64,000 bases of DNA from Octopus sinensis (lineage: Eukaryota): NCBI RefSeq assembly GCF_006345805.1, contig NC_043001.1:16244001-16308000 (forward strand), read 5' to 3'. Shown piece after piece: positions 1-13,800 of the stretch. Numbering within the stretch: the stretch's first letter is position 1; every line of letters starts with the position of its first letter. The notes beneath the pieces were generated by a model. That model made no database searches. It was not told the origin of the DNA and saw only the letters and a program-made list of their open reading frames with translations. A program made the translations under genes and the position numbers.

Positions 1-226
1 AGAGAAAAGAATGAAAGAAAGAAAAAATGAAAAGAGAGAGAGAAAGACAATCTTTAAGAAAGAAAAATAGGAAGGAAAAGAAGATTAGGTTATGAGGTGA
101 GTGAATGAGAAAGTAGGATTCAAATTGTTTAGCAAATAGAAAAGAAAAAACAGAAAGTAAAAAAAATAAAAAATAAATAGAAATAAAAAAATAAAAAATA
201 AATAGAAATGAAGGGGTTATTCTCAC

Positions 227-341
227 ATCAAGGTTGAGGAATGTATCTGCAGGATGAGAAGATAGGGTGAAAGTGATTTTGTACATCGCTGGTGAGTGTA
301 CCTCAGGAATTACATCCTTCCAGTTGTCCGATTCTGCCACT
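227..341 (-). CDS. GLB1L2-like: GLB1-like exon: [38 protein letters not shown]
   Basis: tttattccag acceptor, GTGAGA donor, 115 bp, phase 2/0; P.DTFL motif. Confidence 0.9.
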
Positions 342-1757
342 CTGGAATAAATGGAAAGAATAATAATAATAATAATAATTAATTCTTTTTATTGGCCACA
401 AGGGCTGACACACATGATTAGAAAACATAAAGGGACAAAACAGGACGAAAGGTTACAAAGGGTTTTGTCCGTTTGTGAAAAAAATCGTGTAAAAACAGTG
501 TAACAATCAAATAATATAACAACGAAAAACTCCCAATAGGGGGAGGCGCTTCGAAAGGTTCCTGGTGGAAAAAAAAACCCCATAAAAGCCAACGGGAACC
601 TGGTCAAAAGGGGGGTAGAGAGTCCCTTTTCTCCTTTTATAGTACCTTTTTGAATCACAGGCGAAACCTGAGAACTGGTCCATTTATATTGGCCATTCTT
701 GCACAATTCACCCACCTTTCAGAAAACTTGCTATCAGACAGCACCCTCCTCTCATCTTCCTTTTCAAGTGAAACTTGAAAAAGTTGATGAGGTCTTGACC
801 AAAGAGTAAAGTGTCTGACTTTAGCCCTTTCAAACGGGTCCACCATACAACCTCTTTCGCCACAGCCACTAGGCACAAGAAAACGGCCTCGTCCTACTTG
901 TTAAAGGAGGTCGGTGGGGCAATCCTCACTATGGATTCGGCTGATAGCCGGATCCGTCCTACACGTGACAGTAGCTGTTCGACATAAACCCATAGTTCAG
1001 CAATACTTGGGCACTGGACGAGTGCGTGCAGAACGGTTTCATCGTCCTGGCAACACCTCGGGCAGGCCCGGCTGACGGCATAGTTCTTTTATTTTTTATT
1101 TGTTTCAGTTATTAGACTGCGGCCATGCTGGGGCACTGCCTTGAAGAATTTATAATCAAATGTATCGACTCGAGTACTTTTTTTTTAAGCCTGCTACTTA
1201 TTCTATCGATCTCTTTTGTTGAACTGCTAAGTGATGGTGGGGAGGGGGACAAACACAGACACACAAATACATACATATTATATATCCATACATACATACA
1301 CATAGATATATATATATATATCATCATCATCATCATCATCGTTTAACGTCCGTTTTCCGTGCTAGCACGGGTTGGACGGTTCGACCGGGGTCTGGGAAGC
1401 CAGAAGGCTGCACCAGGCCCAGTCTGATTTGGCAGTGTTTCTACGGCTGGATGTACTTCCTAACGCCAACCACTCCGTGAGTGTAGTGGGTGCTTTTTAA
1501 TTGCCACTGACACAGGTGCCAGGGGAGTCTGGCAGCGGCCACGATCGGTTGGTGCTTTTTCGTGCCACCAGCACAGAAGCCAGTCAAGATATATATATAT
1601 ATATATATATTACTCTATTTAAAGCAGCAGAAAATTCAACAAAACCTTGTTACTCTGAGTTTCCCGTTGCTGTCCTATTACTCTACCACTGGTATTTGAG
1701 TACTCTTTTTTCCACCTTGTTTCACATTTATGTGTTTACTCCGGTATATATATATCT

Positions 1758-1823
<66 letters not shown>

Positions 1824-4800
1824 TGTGTTATTTGAATTTATGGAAAGGAATCCCATAAAACTCAACAAATTTGTTAAAAATGAGAAGAGATGTTAAATTT
1901 AAGAGAATTTTAAAATTCTCTTAAATTTTAACATTTTCTCTTCTCCATTTTTAACAAATTTGTTGAGTTTTATGGGATTCCTTTCCATAAATTCATATAA
2001 CACACTATGTACAAGTATTATTTTCATATTCGCAAACTTACACCAGTGTGCTACCAGCAAAATATGAAGAATCTATATCTAAATATTTTAACGTTCATCT
2101 CCTTATCTGGATATTAGATTTTAGAAATATCTTAATGTATCATCATCATCATCATCATCACACAGCCACACCTGTAGGTGCAGGTGTGGCTGTGTGGTAA
2201 GAAGCTTGCTTCCCAACCACATGGTTCTGGGTTCAGTCCCACAGAGTGGAACTTCAGGAAAGTGTCATCTACTACAGCCTCAAGCTGACCAAAGCCCTGT
2301 GAGTAAATTTGATAGACAGAAGCATGTGTGTGAGTGTGAAACCACCACTGCTTGGTGAGCAGTGTTGGTTTGTTTACATCCCCATAACTTAGGAGTACAG
2401 CAAATGAGACCAACAGAATAAGTACCTGTCTTTAAAATTCTTCAAGGTGGTGCACCAGTATGGCCACGGTATAAGGATTAGAACAAGTAAAAAGTTAAAA
2501 GCCAAAAGATCATTATCACTGAATTGTTGCCCGTTCCAGACTCAAACTGAGTGGTGGTGGTCGTGGTGGAAGTACTTATTGGTTCAGTTAAAAGAAATCG
2601 GATCCCCACCCCACCAACCGTTCTTAATAGAATGTTTGTCACTTGGATCGCAGTCATTGCTCAGATCACGTGTGATTTGCTAAGAAGTATGGCAGTTTCA
2701 AGAGAGAATTTCCTCCTACTGTTGTTTGGTGCTGCCTGGTAAATGGTAGCTGTTGGAGGAACATTGCACGTTACGTACTCTAAGCGCCTTCACGTGACCT
2801 GCTTCTCCCACCTACTGCTCAACTCTGCTCTAAAAATAAAGGCTTTGTGTTCTGCAGTTGATTGTCTCGTTGCTACCTTCAAGGCTGCTACTGTAAAAGA
2901 CAAACACCACTGAGAACAATTGAAAACAATCGGTTATTCACCTCTGCCAGTTGTAACCAGGTGGGGTAGTTGGTTGGGTGCCTGAAATTGCTATGCCAGG
3001 AACCTTGCAGAAGTTACAAAAATTGTTGGGACTTTCGAGGATGAAAGCATTTTGGTGCAGAGAGCGAAATAAGCTGAGCAAAATCCTGAGATCAGGACTA
3101 TCATCATCATCATCATCGTTTAACGTCCGCTTTCCATGCTGGCATGGGTTGGACGATTTGACTGAGGTCTGGCAAACCAGATGGCTGCACCAGACCCCAA
3201 TCTTGATCTGGCAGAGTTTTTACAGCTGGATGCCCTTCCTAACGCTAACCACTCAGAGAGTGCAGTGGGTGCTTTTACGTGCCACCGGCACGAGGGCCAG
3301 TCAGGCAGTACTGGCAACGGCCACTAACCTCATACGAATCTTTTCAAACTATCAACAATTGAAAGAGTTGATTTTAAAAAGTGAGTCAACAGCCTTCACC
3401 ATTTACGATTCTTACAAAAGCCTCAAAGAACTGAAATTCAACAAAGATCCATGTTTTATCAAGAATTACATTGATTTTAGATTCAATAAAAACCAAATCA
3501 ATTTGATAATTCAGCTAATGAATCCCAAAGTTTCACCTGTGGAATATATGAATCTGCTACAATACCAAAAGTCATTGGCTGCTGTAGAATGCAGTCTTTC
3601 AATGCGGAAAAAAATTCCTGGCAGCAAATAGAAATTTTTTGCCTATAAATCCATTGTACTCTAATAAAGTTCCACAACATCTATGTTTTTAAATTGTTTT
3701 GATAATACCTGTATATCATAAAGAAATGAAAACTAGAGTGAACTCTCAAATGATTATGGATATATTAATAATAATGAGGTTAAAATCTGTCAATAATGTT
3801 TAAAAAATATAAAAATAAGGTTAAAATCAAGTGATTTTTAAGGTTAAAAGAAATTGCCCAAGTGATAAGACTTTCAAATAGACTTTCTGAGTCACAGGCA
3901 TGTGTTCAACTTCATCAGATTTTGTAAACACCTGTCTTACTATCCCTGATGAGTCTGTGCTTTTCCTGCCTTCATATTCTTAAAAGTCCTTTCAGCCTTT
4001 TAAATATTCAACAGTCAACCTCAGTAGTGGTCCCTCTGCTGTATCCATGGGGAGTAAATGCCCTCCCTCCCTCTCTCTCTCTCTCTGTGACAGCATAATC
4101 ATACCATTTTTCTTTTCATGCTTCAGAGGTGGGGGGCAAGTGTACCACTGTTATTTCACAGTCACTTTTCACCAGTGTTGGCCCAATTTACACTGATATA
4201 TTATCTCGCATCCTGATTGTCATTATCTTCATAGTACAGAACACTTGAAAACCTCTTATGCTTGGCTTCTTTCTTCTTAACAAAAACCTAATATCTAGCC
4301 ACCAGATAAGATTTCTTGCTTTCCACATTCCTTCTGTTTTATTTCCAGATCTACTCGAGATTGAATATTTTTAGCTCCTTGCTCAAATTAAATCTCTTTG
4401 AACATTTAATGGCTAAACATGATGTTAGTGAAGAAACATTTTCTGCTATTATTATTAAGAGTATTAGAGTTTATTCTATTAATATTATTAGAGCGCATTA
4501 ATTAACATTCAGTCTAGCTGTGTACAAAATGACCCAGTTTATTAATAGAAATTAAGTTGAGAGAGATGAATGGTTGTGTTCCCTAGTCTTGATATTACAT
4601 GTAAGAGACTGATAGAATAGAGGTCTAGGCTTAAGTCCAGGGGTCGATTTGTTTGACTAAAAGTGGTGCTCTAGCATGGCCACAGTCAAATGACTGAAAC
4701 AAGCAAAGGAAAATATATGTATATATGATGGGCTTCTAACCAGTTTTCATCTGCCAAATTCACTCACAAAGCACTAGTCGACCCGGGGCTATAGTATAAG

Positions 4801-7800
4801 ACCTTTGCCTGAAGTGCCACACAGTGGGACAGAACCCAAAACCATGTGATTGCAATGCAAGCTTCTTAACCACAGACTGAAGCCCTCACCTAGAACAGAA
4901 CAGAAACCTTCAAGTAAGCCTTGGTGTTATATTTAGATAGATCTGAAATTTTGTTAGTTTGTGAGTAAAAGCTTAAGTACTTGAAATCTAATCCTATATA
5001 ACTACGTTGTTTTCCTTCCTTAAATTACTTACATCGTGATTAACAAGCATTCTTTAATTACAGTAATGACCTGCATTTGAAACACGCACAGGTGCCTCTG
5101 CGTACATGTACACGCACATACACTTGCGTCAGAAATTAATTAGCACTTCTCAAATTTCTACATTAAATAGGTTAAATCAATTAACCTATGAGCTGTTCAA
5201 AACGTCTTACGCGATGAGAAAACTTAGTATGGTGTGATTTCGGTCCTTGCGAGGCACTACCTATATCTATTAAACAAAGGAAGATTTGTCTGCATCCGCA
5301 CTCCAAGTTGTTGTTGCACTGCTATGTCAACATCATAAGGCTGTAGACTCTCAAACTGCTCTGCAAACAAAGTTACGTCATCGTTCTGCGCAACAGTGAA
5401 CTCGCAACAAAGCAATAGTTCGAGATATGGCCACTAGGTGACAGCACATACCATGAGTGAAGAGCAAATCAAGGGTGCTAATTAATTTCTGACGGTAGTG
5501 TACTTCAATACATGCCACGACTCATGATTAGGATCATGATCATTTAACTGCCTTCAATGCTGAATGATTTGATAAGAGCTGACCAGGCAGAACACTGCAT
5601 CAGACTTCTGTGTCTGTTTTGGCATGGATGCCCTTCCTAACACCAACCACCCAACAGATTGGATTTATACTTACTCTTTTACTTGTTTAAGTCATGTTAC
5701 TGCGGCCATGCTGGAGCACCGCCTTTAGTCGAGCAAATCCACCCCAGGACTTATTCTTTGTAAGCCTAGTACTTGTTCTATCGATTTCTTTTGCCGAACC
5801 ACTAAGTTATAGGGACGTAAACACACCAGAATCGGTTGTCAAGCGATGCTGGGGGGACAAACACAGACACACACACATACATTTATATACATATATATGA
5901 CGGGCTTCTTTCAGTTTTTGTCTACCAAATCCACTCACAAGGCTTTGGTCGGACCGAGGTTATAGTACAAGACACTTGCAGAAGGTGCCATGCAGTGGGA
6001 CTGAACCTGGAACCATGTGGTTCGTAAGCAAGCTACTTACCACACAGCCACTCCTTCGCCTGGTACATAATTTTTTTTGTGCAGGGGTTCCTAGGGACAT
6101 GTAATTTATTTTAAGGGTTATGCAAAGGGTAAAAAGGTTGAGAAACACTGAAACAGACTATTGTACATATTTGTCTAAGAGCAGCTAGATGGGGACACGG
6201 ATACGGATCCTAGACTTCTGTTGTCCATGGAAGATGGTTCTGCAATTTCTTGTTGAATGACCTGCACAATTGATTTGTTTAGGGATCAAATGCACGTGCA
6301 GTACATTCACTCGCTCCCTCCATCAAACCAATATTGCATGAACAGGTGTACAGTGTACCACACCTGAGGTGTTGAAGAGACAGTAGGGCAATGTGAGTTG
6401 AAGTCATCATCATCATCATTTAATGTCTCCTTTCCATGCTAGCATGAGTTGGATGATTTGACTGAGGTCTGGCGATCCAGACTCCAATCTGATCTGGCAG
6501 AGTTTCTACAGCTGGATGCCTTTCCTAACACCAACCACTCTGAGGGTGTAGTGGGTGCTTTTATGTGCCACCAGCATGAGGGCCAGTTTGATGGTACTGG
6601 CAACAGCCATGCCCAAATGGTGCTTTTTATGTGCCACCTGCACAGGAGCCAGTCCAGCGGCACTGGCGACGACCTCCCTTGAATGTTTCACATGCCACCA
6701 GCAGAAGTGTTAGTAAGGTGATGCAGTAACGATCATGCTCGAATGGCGTGCTTAACGTACCATTGGCACAAAGGCTAGCATGTTGCTCTGGCAACAATCT
6801 CACTCATATGGTACTCTTAGTGCTCCACTAGCAACGGATGCCAGTCACCGAGTTTGATTTAGACTTCGATTTCACTTGCCTCAACAGGTCTTCGCAAGCA
6901 GAATTTAGTGTCCGATGAAGGAAAGGTACGCATAAGTGGACTGGTTACACCCCTGGTATAGGCCACAAGGTTATGGTAAGTGTTTTGTTAATAACACATC
7001 ACATTACATGGTCCAGGAACTGAAACTGTGATCTTACTATCGTGAGTGCAACACCTGAACAACTAGGCCATGTGTGCTTGTCAATATGGGAATATACAAA
7101 CAGAATACTCTGACAAGTTGTTGAACTACTGCTAGTGTAAGCATACAGATAACATGACAAACAAAAATCAAGCTGAAAGCAAGTATAAGTGCTGATAAAA
7201 CAACAAACATATTTTGCAAAGTCATCTCTGGAAACATGGGCAGATTCAGACCAGAGATGATACCAACCCAGCTGAAACTGGCTCTGGTTCTGCAGTACAA
7301 ATGTCTTGTTTTTGTAAGTTCTGAATTAGAATCTTCCACCAAACCTTGGTCACAATTTATGTTCCTAATACTAGCTTAATGATAACTAAGTTATTTTACT
7401 AAATTCTTTGTTAAATTTAAAATTAATTGAAAGAAACCCAGAGCATCTCAATGGAAATATGGTAGCAAAAGGGTTAACAAATGATTAATTTAACCCTTTC
7501 ATTACCAACCTGGCTGAAACTGCCTCTGGTTCTGCAGTACAAATGTCTTTGTTTTCGTAAGTTCTGAATTAAAATCTTCCACCAAACCTTAGTCACAATT
7601 TATGTTTCTAACACTAGCTTAATGATAACTAAGTTATTTTACTAAATTCTTTATTATAGGTGCAGGAGTAGCTGTATGGTAAGTAGATTGCTTACCAGCC
7701 ACGTGGTTTCGGGTTCAGTCCCACCGCTAGGCACCTACTATAGCTTCGGGCCAACCAAAGCCTTGTGAGTGGATTTGGTAGACGGAAACTGAAAGAAGCC

Positions 7801-7807
7801 TGTTGTG

Positions 7808-7838
<31 letters not shown>

Positions 7839-10800
7839 TTATGTGTCTGTGTTTGTTCCTGCAACATTGTTTGACCACTGATGCTGGTGTATTTATGTCC
7901 CCCTAAATTAGCGGTTTGGCAATAGAGACCGATAGAATAAGTACTGGGCTTACAAAGAATAAGCCATGGGTTGATTTGCTCGACTAAAGGCGGTGCTCTA
8001 GCATGGCCACAGTCAAATGACTGAAACAAGTAAAAGAGTAATTAAAATAAAGATAATTATTTACTTGTCAAGAAATTCGCTGGAAAAGTCCAATGGGTAG
8101 ATATTCCAATATTCTTCAAGTTTTCCATCTAAATACACTTCACCATCTAAACCTGAAACAAAGATTCATTTAAATTAATTATGAGGAATAAAATTAATAA
8201 TAGCTGAATGGGTTAATTACCTCAAAGACTTCTGATTCTAAATTTACAGGTTCAAACCTTTCTATAATTGTTACACTATGTTTTTACATCAAATAATCTT
8301 GTTGCTCCAGTGGCACGTAAAAAGAACCATCCGAACATGGTCGATGCCAGTGCCGCCTGACTGGCTCCCATGCTGGTGGCATGTAAAAAGCAGCCACTAC
8401 TCTCTCAGAGTGGTTGGCGTTAGGAAGGACATCCAGCTGTAGAAACCTTGCCAGATCAGATTGGAGTCTGGTGCGGTGTCCTGGCTTGCCAGTCCCCAGT
8501 CAAACCGTTCAACCCATGCCAGTATGGAAAACGTATGTTAACTCATGATGATGATATATAGGTTTCCATCAGAATGTCTGAGACACATTCTGAATGTCGG
8601 CTGGCCCTTAAAAACTCCAGACACACAGGTTTTGAGGAAAGCTGATATCTTGAGTTTTGAGGTGAAGGTGCACAAGCACTGGTTACGCTGGACTGGACAC
8701 CTTATTAGAATGAAGGAGAGCAGGATAAAAAAACACCCCAAAAAACAGATGCTATATGGGGAAATTGTTAGTGGAAAGAGACCCCAGCAGAAACCAAATC
8801 TGCGATTTAAGCACTGTGTCAAGTCCTCAATAAAGGCCTGTGATATGCAGGAGATCAACTGATGTGTAACCATGTGATATATATGTAAAATGATGTCATG
8901 GCAACTGTTTTATACAAATTATAAACTGTAAGATAAATATGATAGGGCTTAACACAATTATGATATGATGTGTGACTGTAATATAAGCAATATGAGGTAA
9001 CACAATTATTATTGATCAATTAAAATCAAAATCAAATTCGATGACTGGCATCCATGCTAGCGGGGTGCAAAGAGCACCATACAAGTGTGATCGTTGACAG
9101 AGCGGCTAACTGGCTTCCGTGCCAGTGACACTTAAAAGGCACCATTCGAGTGGGATCGTTACCAGCGTCACCTTACTGGCACGGGTGCCCTGTGCTAGTA
9201 TGGTGCTAAGAGCACCATCTGAGGGTGATCGTTGCCAGAGCGGCTAACTGGCTTCTGTGCTGATGGCATGTAAAAGGGCACCATTTGAGCGGGATCGTTA
9301 CCAGTGTCGCCTTACTGGCACATGAACAAAACATTCGAGCGAGGTCGTTGCCAGTGCCGCTGGTCTGACTCCTGTGCAGGTGGCACATAAAAAACACCAT
9401 TTTCCGCGACCGTTGCCAGTACCGCCAGACTGGCCCTCGTGCCGGTGGCACGTAAAAAGCACCCACTACACTCTTGGAGTGGTTGGCGTTAGGAAGGGCA
9501 TCCAGCTGTAGAAACTCTGCCAGATCAAGATTGGAGCCTGGAGCAGCCATCTGGTTCGCCAGCCCTCAGTCAAAATCGTCCAACCCATGCCAGCATGGAA
9601 CGCGGACGTTAAACGATGATGATGATGATGATGATGATGATGATATGTGACAGGGCATGATACAATTATGACAGGATGTGTAACTATCTAATATATATGT
9701 AACATGATGTGATTTCAACTATGTAATACTGGTTTCAAATTTTGGCACAAGGCTAGCGATTTCAGCAGAGGGGGTAAGTTGAGTACATCAACCCTTTAAC
9801 ATAGTTCTCGGGGAGACTTAGCATGACACAATCTGTTCTACTAAAGACACAAGGCCTGAAACTTTTTGGGTGAGGGGGCTAGTCGATTACATTGACCCCA
9901 GTGTTTCACTTGTACTTAATTTATTGACCCCCAAGGGCAAAGTTGGCAGATGCGTGATACAGAATGTAACAAGGTTGGCCCTTGGCCCTTTGAAATATGG
10001 GTACTACTCAGTTTTGCCAGCTGAGTGTACTGGAGCAATGTGAAATAAAGTGTCTTGCTCAAGGACACAATGTGTTGCCAGAAATTGAACTCGTGACCTT
10101 GTGATCATGAACCAAGCACTATAACCACTATAACCATGTGCCTTCACATAGTAACATATATAACTGAGTGATATGTATACAGTAGAACACAATGCTATGT
10201 GACAAGATTTGCCATTGTATAATATATAAATGAAATACCTATTTCTTTAATACCCACAAGGAGCTAAACATAGAGGGGACAAACAAGGATAGACAAACAG
10301 ATTAAGCCAATTATATCGACCCCAGTGCGTAAATGGTACTTATTTAACTGACCTCGAAAGGATGAAAGGCAAAGTCGACCTCGGTGGAATTTGAACTCAG
10401 AACGTAGCGACAGACGAAATACCTATTTCTTTACTAGCCACAAGGGGCTAAACACAGAAGGGACAAACAAGGACAGACAAACGGATTAAGCCAATTATGT
10501 CGACCCCACTGCGTAAATGGTACTTATTTAACTGACCTCGAAAGGATGAAAGGCAAAGCCGACCTCGGCAGAATTTGAACTCAGAACGTAGTGGCAGACG
10601 AAATACCGCTAAGCATTTCGCCCGGCGTGCTATCGTTTCTGCCAGCTTGCCGCCTTATGATATATAAATGAAATATATCACCATGACCGATCAGGCTATC
10701 AGATGTTGCTACACATCGCTGGTCACAATGCGCTTCGCATTGTTTTAGCCTTCAAATGACGCCACCCCGCTGGCTAAGCGAACAGGCCAACAGAGGAAAG

Positions 10801-13800
10801 AGTGAGAGAAAGTTGTGGCGAAAGTGTACAGCAGGGATCGCCACCACCCCCTGCCAGAGCCTCGTGGAGCTTTAGGTGTTTTCGCTCAATAAACACTCAC
10901 AACGCCCGGTCTGGGAATCGAAACCGTGATCCCACGACCGCAAGTCCGCTGCCCTAACCACTGGGCCATTTCATATAAATGAAATCATCATCATCATCAT
11001 CATCATCGTTTAACGTCCGTTTTCCGCGCTAGCACGGGTTGGACGGTTTGACCGGGGTCTGGGAAGCCAGGGGCCGCTCCAGGCTCCAGTCTGATCTGGC
11101 AGAGTTTCTACAGCTGGATGCCCTTCCTAACGCCAACCACTCCGCGAGTGGAGTGGGTGCTTTTTACATGCCACCTGTACAGGGGCCGGGGGGTCCGGCA
11201 TCGGTCACGATCGGTTCGAGCTTTTCTAGAGTTGAGTTGGGGGGGGGGTCCAGCTGAGAAAGGTTCCACCAGTGAAAAGAGAGGGAGAGATAGTGGGGGG
11301 TGGGGGGTGCAGGTAATATAGGGAAGCACCAGTGGGGAATATATATGATATATAAATGAAATACCTTTAAACTGATTTGAGAAAGAATGTTTATCATCAA
11401 ACATCAAATAGTTGACTCGACCTAGGTTTTCCACCAATATACCCAGTTTGATTCCATCATTCTACAACAGAGAAGAGCATTTAATCGGTTATAAATGGTA
11501 AAGTAAGCGCTAACTTACCATATTTGATAGCATACAAGACACACTTTTTTTTAACACACACACACACACCCCACCACAAAATAAATGTTTCAGAAAATCA
11601 CCCTGGGATGCTGGGCCTATATCACGAGCTTTAAACAAAATTTTAATATTTTTACCTTTTGCTCAATTTAAAATTTTAATATTTTTACCTTTTGCTCAAT
11701 TTATCTGGATTTACCTGTAATTAAAGTCACTTTGAGACAAAAGTTATGCAATAGAATTGATTAAGAACCCTTTCTTTAATTATGTTCCAGATATCACATT
11801 AATATGTTGATAAGTAAAAAAAGTTACAGTTATTTAATGAAACAAGCCTAGATTCATGATTATTTTAGAATTTAATTGAAACTCATGAGGGGTGTATTTT
11901 GGTCAGAAATATAGTAACGAAAGGGTTAATGCCTTAAAAACTTTCTACTTGGATATATGCAAAAAGGACAACATTTATTAAGAAGAGTGGGAAGAAGTCA
12001 TCAATGGTCTCTGCTCCAAAAGGAGTGAAGGACTCAAGTAAAGTAAACGGTATAAATAATCAGTGTAGGTGTAGGAGTGGCTGTGTGGTAAGTAGCTTGC
12101 TTACGAACCACATGGTTCCGGGTTCAGTCCCACTGCATGGCACCTTGGGCAAGTGTCTTCTACTATGGCTTCGGGCCGATCAAAACCTTGTGAGTGGAAT
12201 TGGTAGACAGAAACTGAAAGAAGCCCGTCGTATATGTGTATGTATGTGTGTGTGTGTATATGTTTGTGTGTCTGTGTTTGTCCACCCAACATCGCTTGAC
12301 AACCGATGCTGGTGTGTTTACGTCTCTGTAACGTAACTTAGCGGTTCGGCAAATGAGACTGATAGAATAAGTACTAGGCTTACAAAGAATAAGTCCTGGG
12401 TTGATTTGCTCGACTAAAGGCGGTGCTCCAGCATGGCCACAGTCAAATGACTGAAACAAGTAAAAGGGTAAAAGAGTGTACTTACATCAGGGAGGGAAAA
12501 CTGAGGGTTGGATACAGTCCAGTTGACTGTAAACATCACTTGATGGTTCAGTAAGATCTAAAAATATAAAGCAATAAATCTAATAAATAAAACAGATTTG
12601 GATTTGGGTTCTTGTTGAAATCAAACCTACAAATCCATAGGAAGATTTGAACTCAGTACTAAAAGTTATTATTATTATTATTATTACTATTGTTAGTGTT
12701 CAGATCACTACTAACCCCAAGAGACGGAGTTCGATTCCAAACAGTGACCTGAACACTAACAATAATAATTATAATAATAATAATGATAATAATAATAATA
12801 ACAACAACAACATCAAAAAATACCTTAGGAATGAGAACCCAGGTTTGAAATTTCCCCAAGACACCTGATGAAGGCTGGAGGGTATATCAGCTGAAATGTT
12901 GTGTTAACAACAAACAAGACGAGGACAAATATCCGTCGAATGTAAATAATGTATGGAGTCAATAGTTTGTACAATTATCATATACAGGTCATCGTTGACT
13001 TATGACCTATCCGACTTACAAACGATCGACATTACGATGATTGGCGTGCCAGCTCCTGGCAACAATAGTAAATAGTCCAGTTGAAACCTAATGGGTTTAA
13101 TTTCTAAGAAATTAACCCTTCTACGGACGATGTCAGCTAACAAACACTTCCCCTAGGTTTGGTTATCAATCACCACTGTGGTTATCCTAAGTCTTGGTTG
13201 AATATCCTGTCGCAGAGACTTTGAGGCAAACTTGTATTTGTTTATTAGACGACTGCTTGAGACTCTTAAATTTTTGACTAATGCCATTATAATAGTGCTA
13301 GTGCATGCATATACAGTTGCGTGTGTGCACACATACACGCGAGTACTGTCCAAATCTCCGACCAATCACATACAGCTAGCTGGCATTCAGTTGGCGTATC
13401 AAGTTTTGGGCATCTTGATTGGGATTTGGATAGAAAATTCACAAAAAAGTCACTTCTATTGATTTTTTTAATGGCTTTGCGAGGTGACTGGAGAAATATA
13501 AAGATGTGCACAACCACCCTTGGACGGTTTTGAATGACCATAGAAAGTGCGAACCCTCTAACTGAAAAATTGTGGATTTGTATAAAGGACACGCACACAG
13601 ACAGGCATTTTGCCGTTTATATATAGAGAGATAATACAGAATGATGTGTGACTTTTACCTGAGAATGTACCTTAAGAATGCAAAAATATAAAACAAAGTT
13701 ATGTAGACCTATTGGCCGACTTATGACCAGTCAGTCAGAATGAATTGTGGTCGTAGGTCAACGACGACCTGTAATTATATTATTACCAATTAAAACCAGA

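Noticed and set aside
2978-3631. 217-aa plus-strand ORF as a gene
   Set aside because: It is a chance read-through of a retroposon insertion into a hAT remnant.
3946-3952. Isolated CTGATGA
   Set aside because: No suitably placed GAAA or stems downstream.
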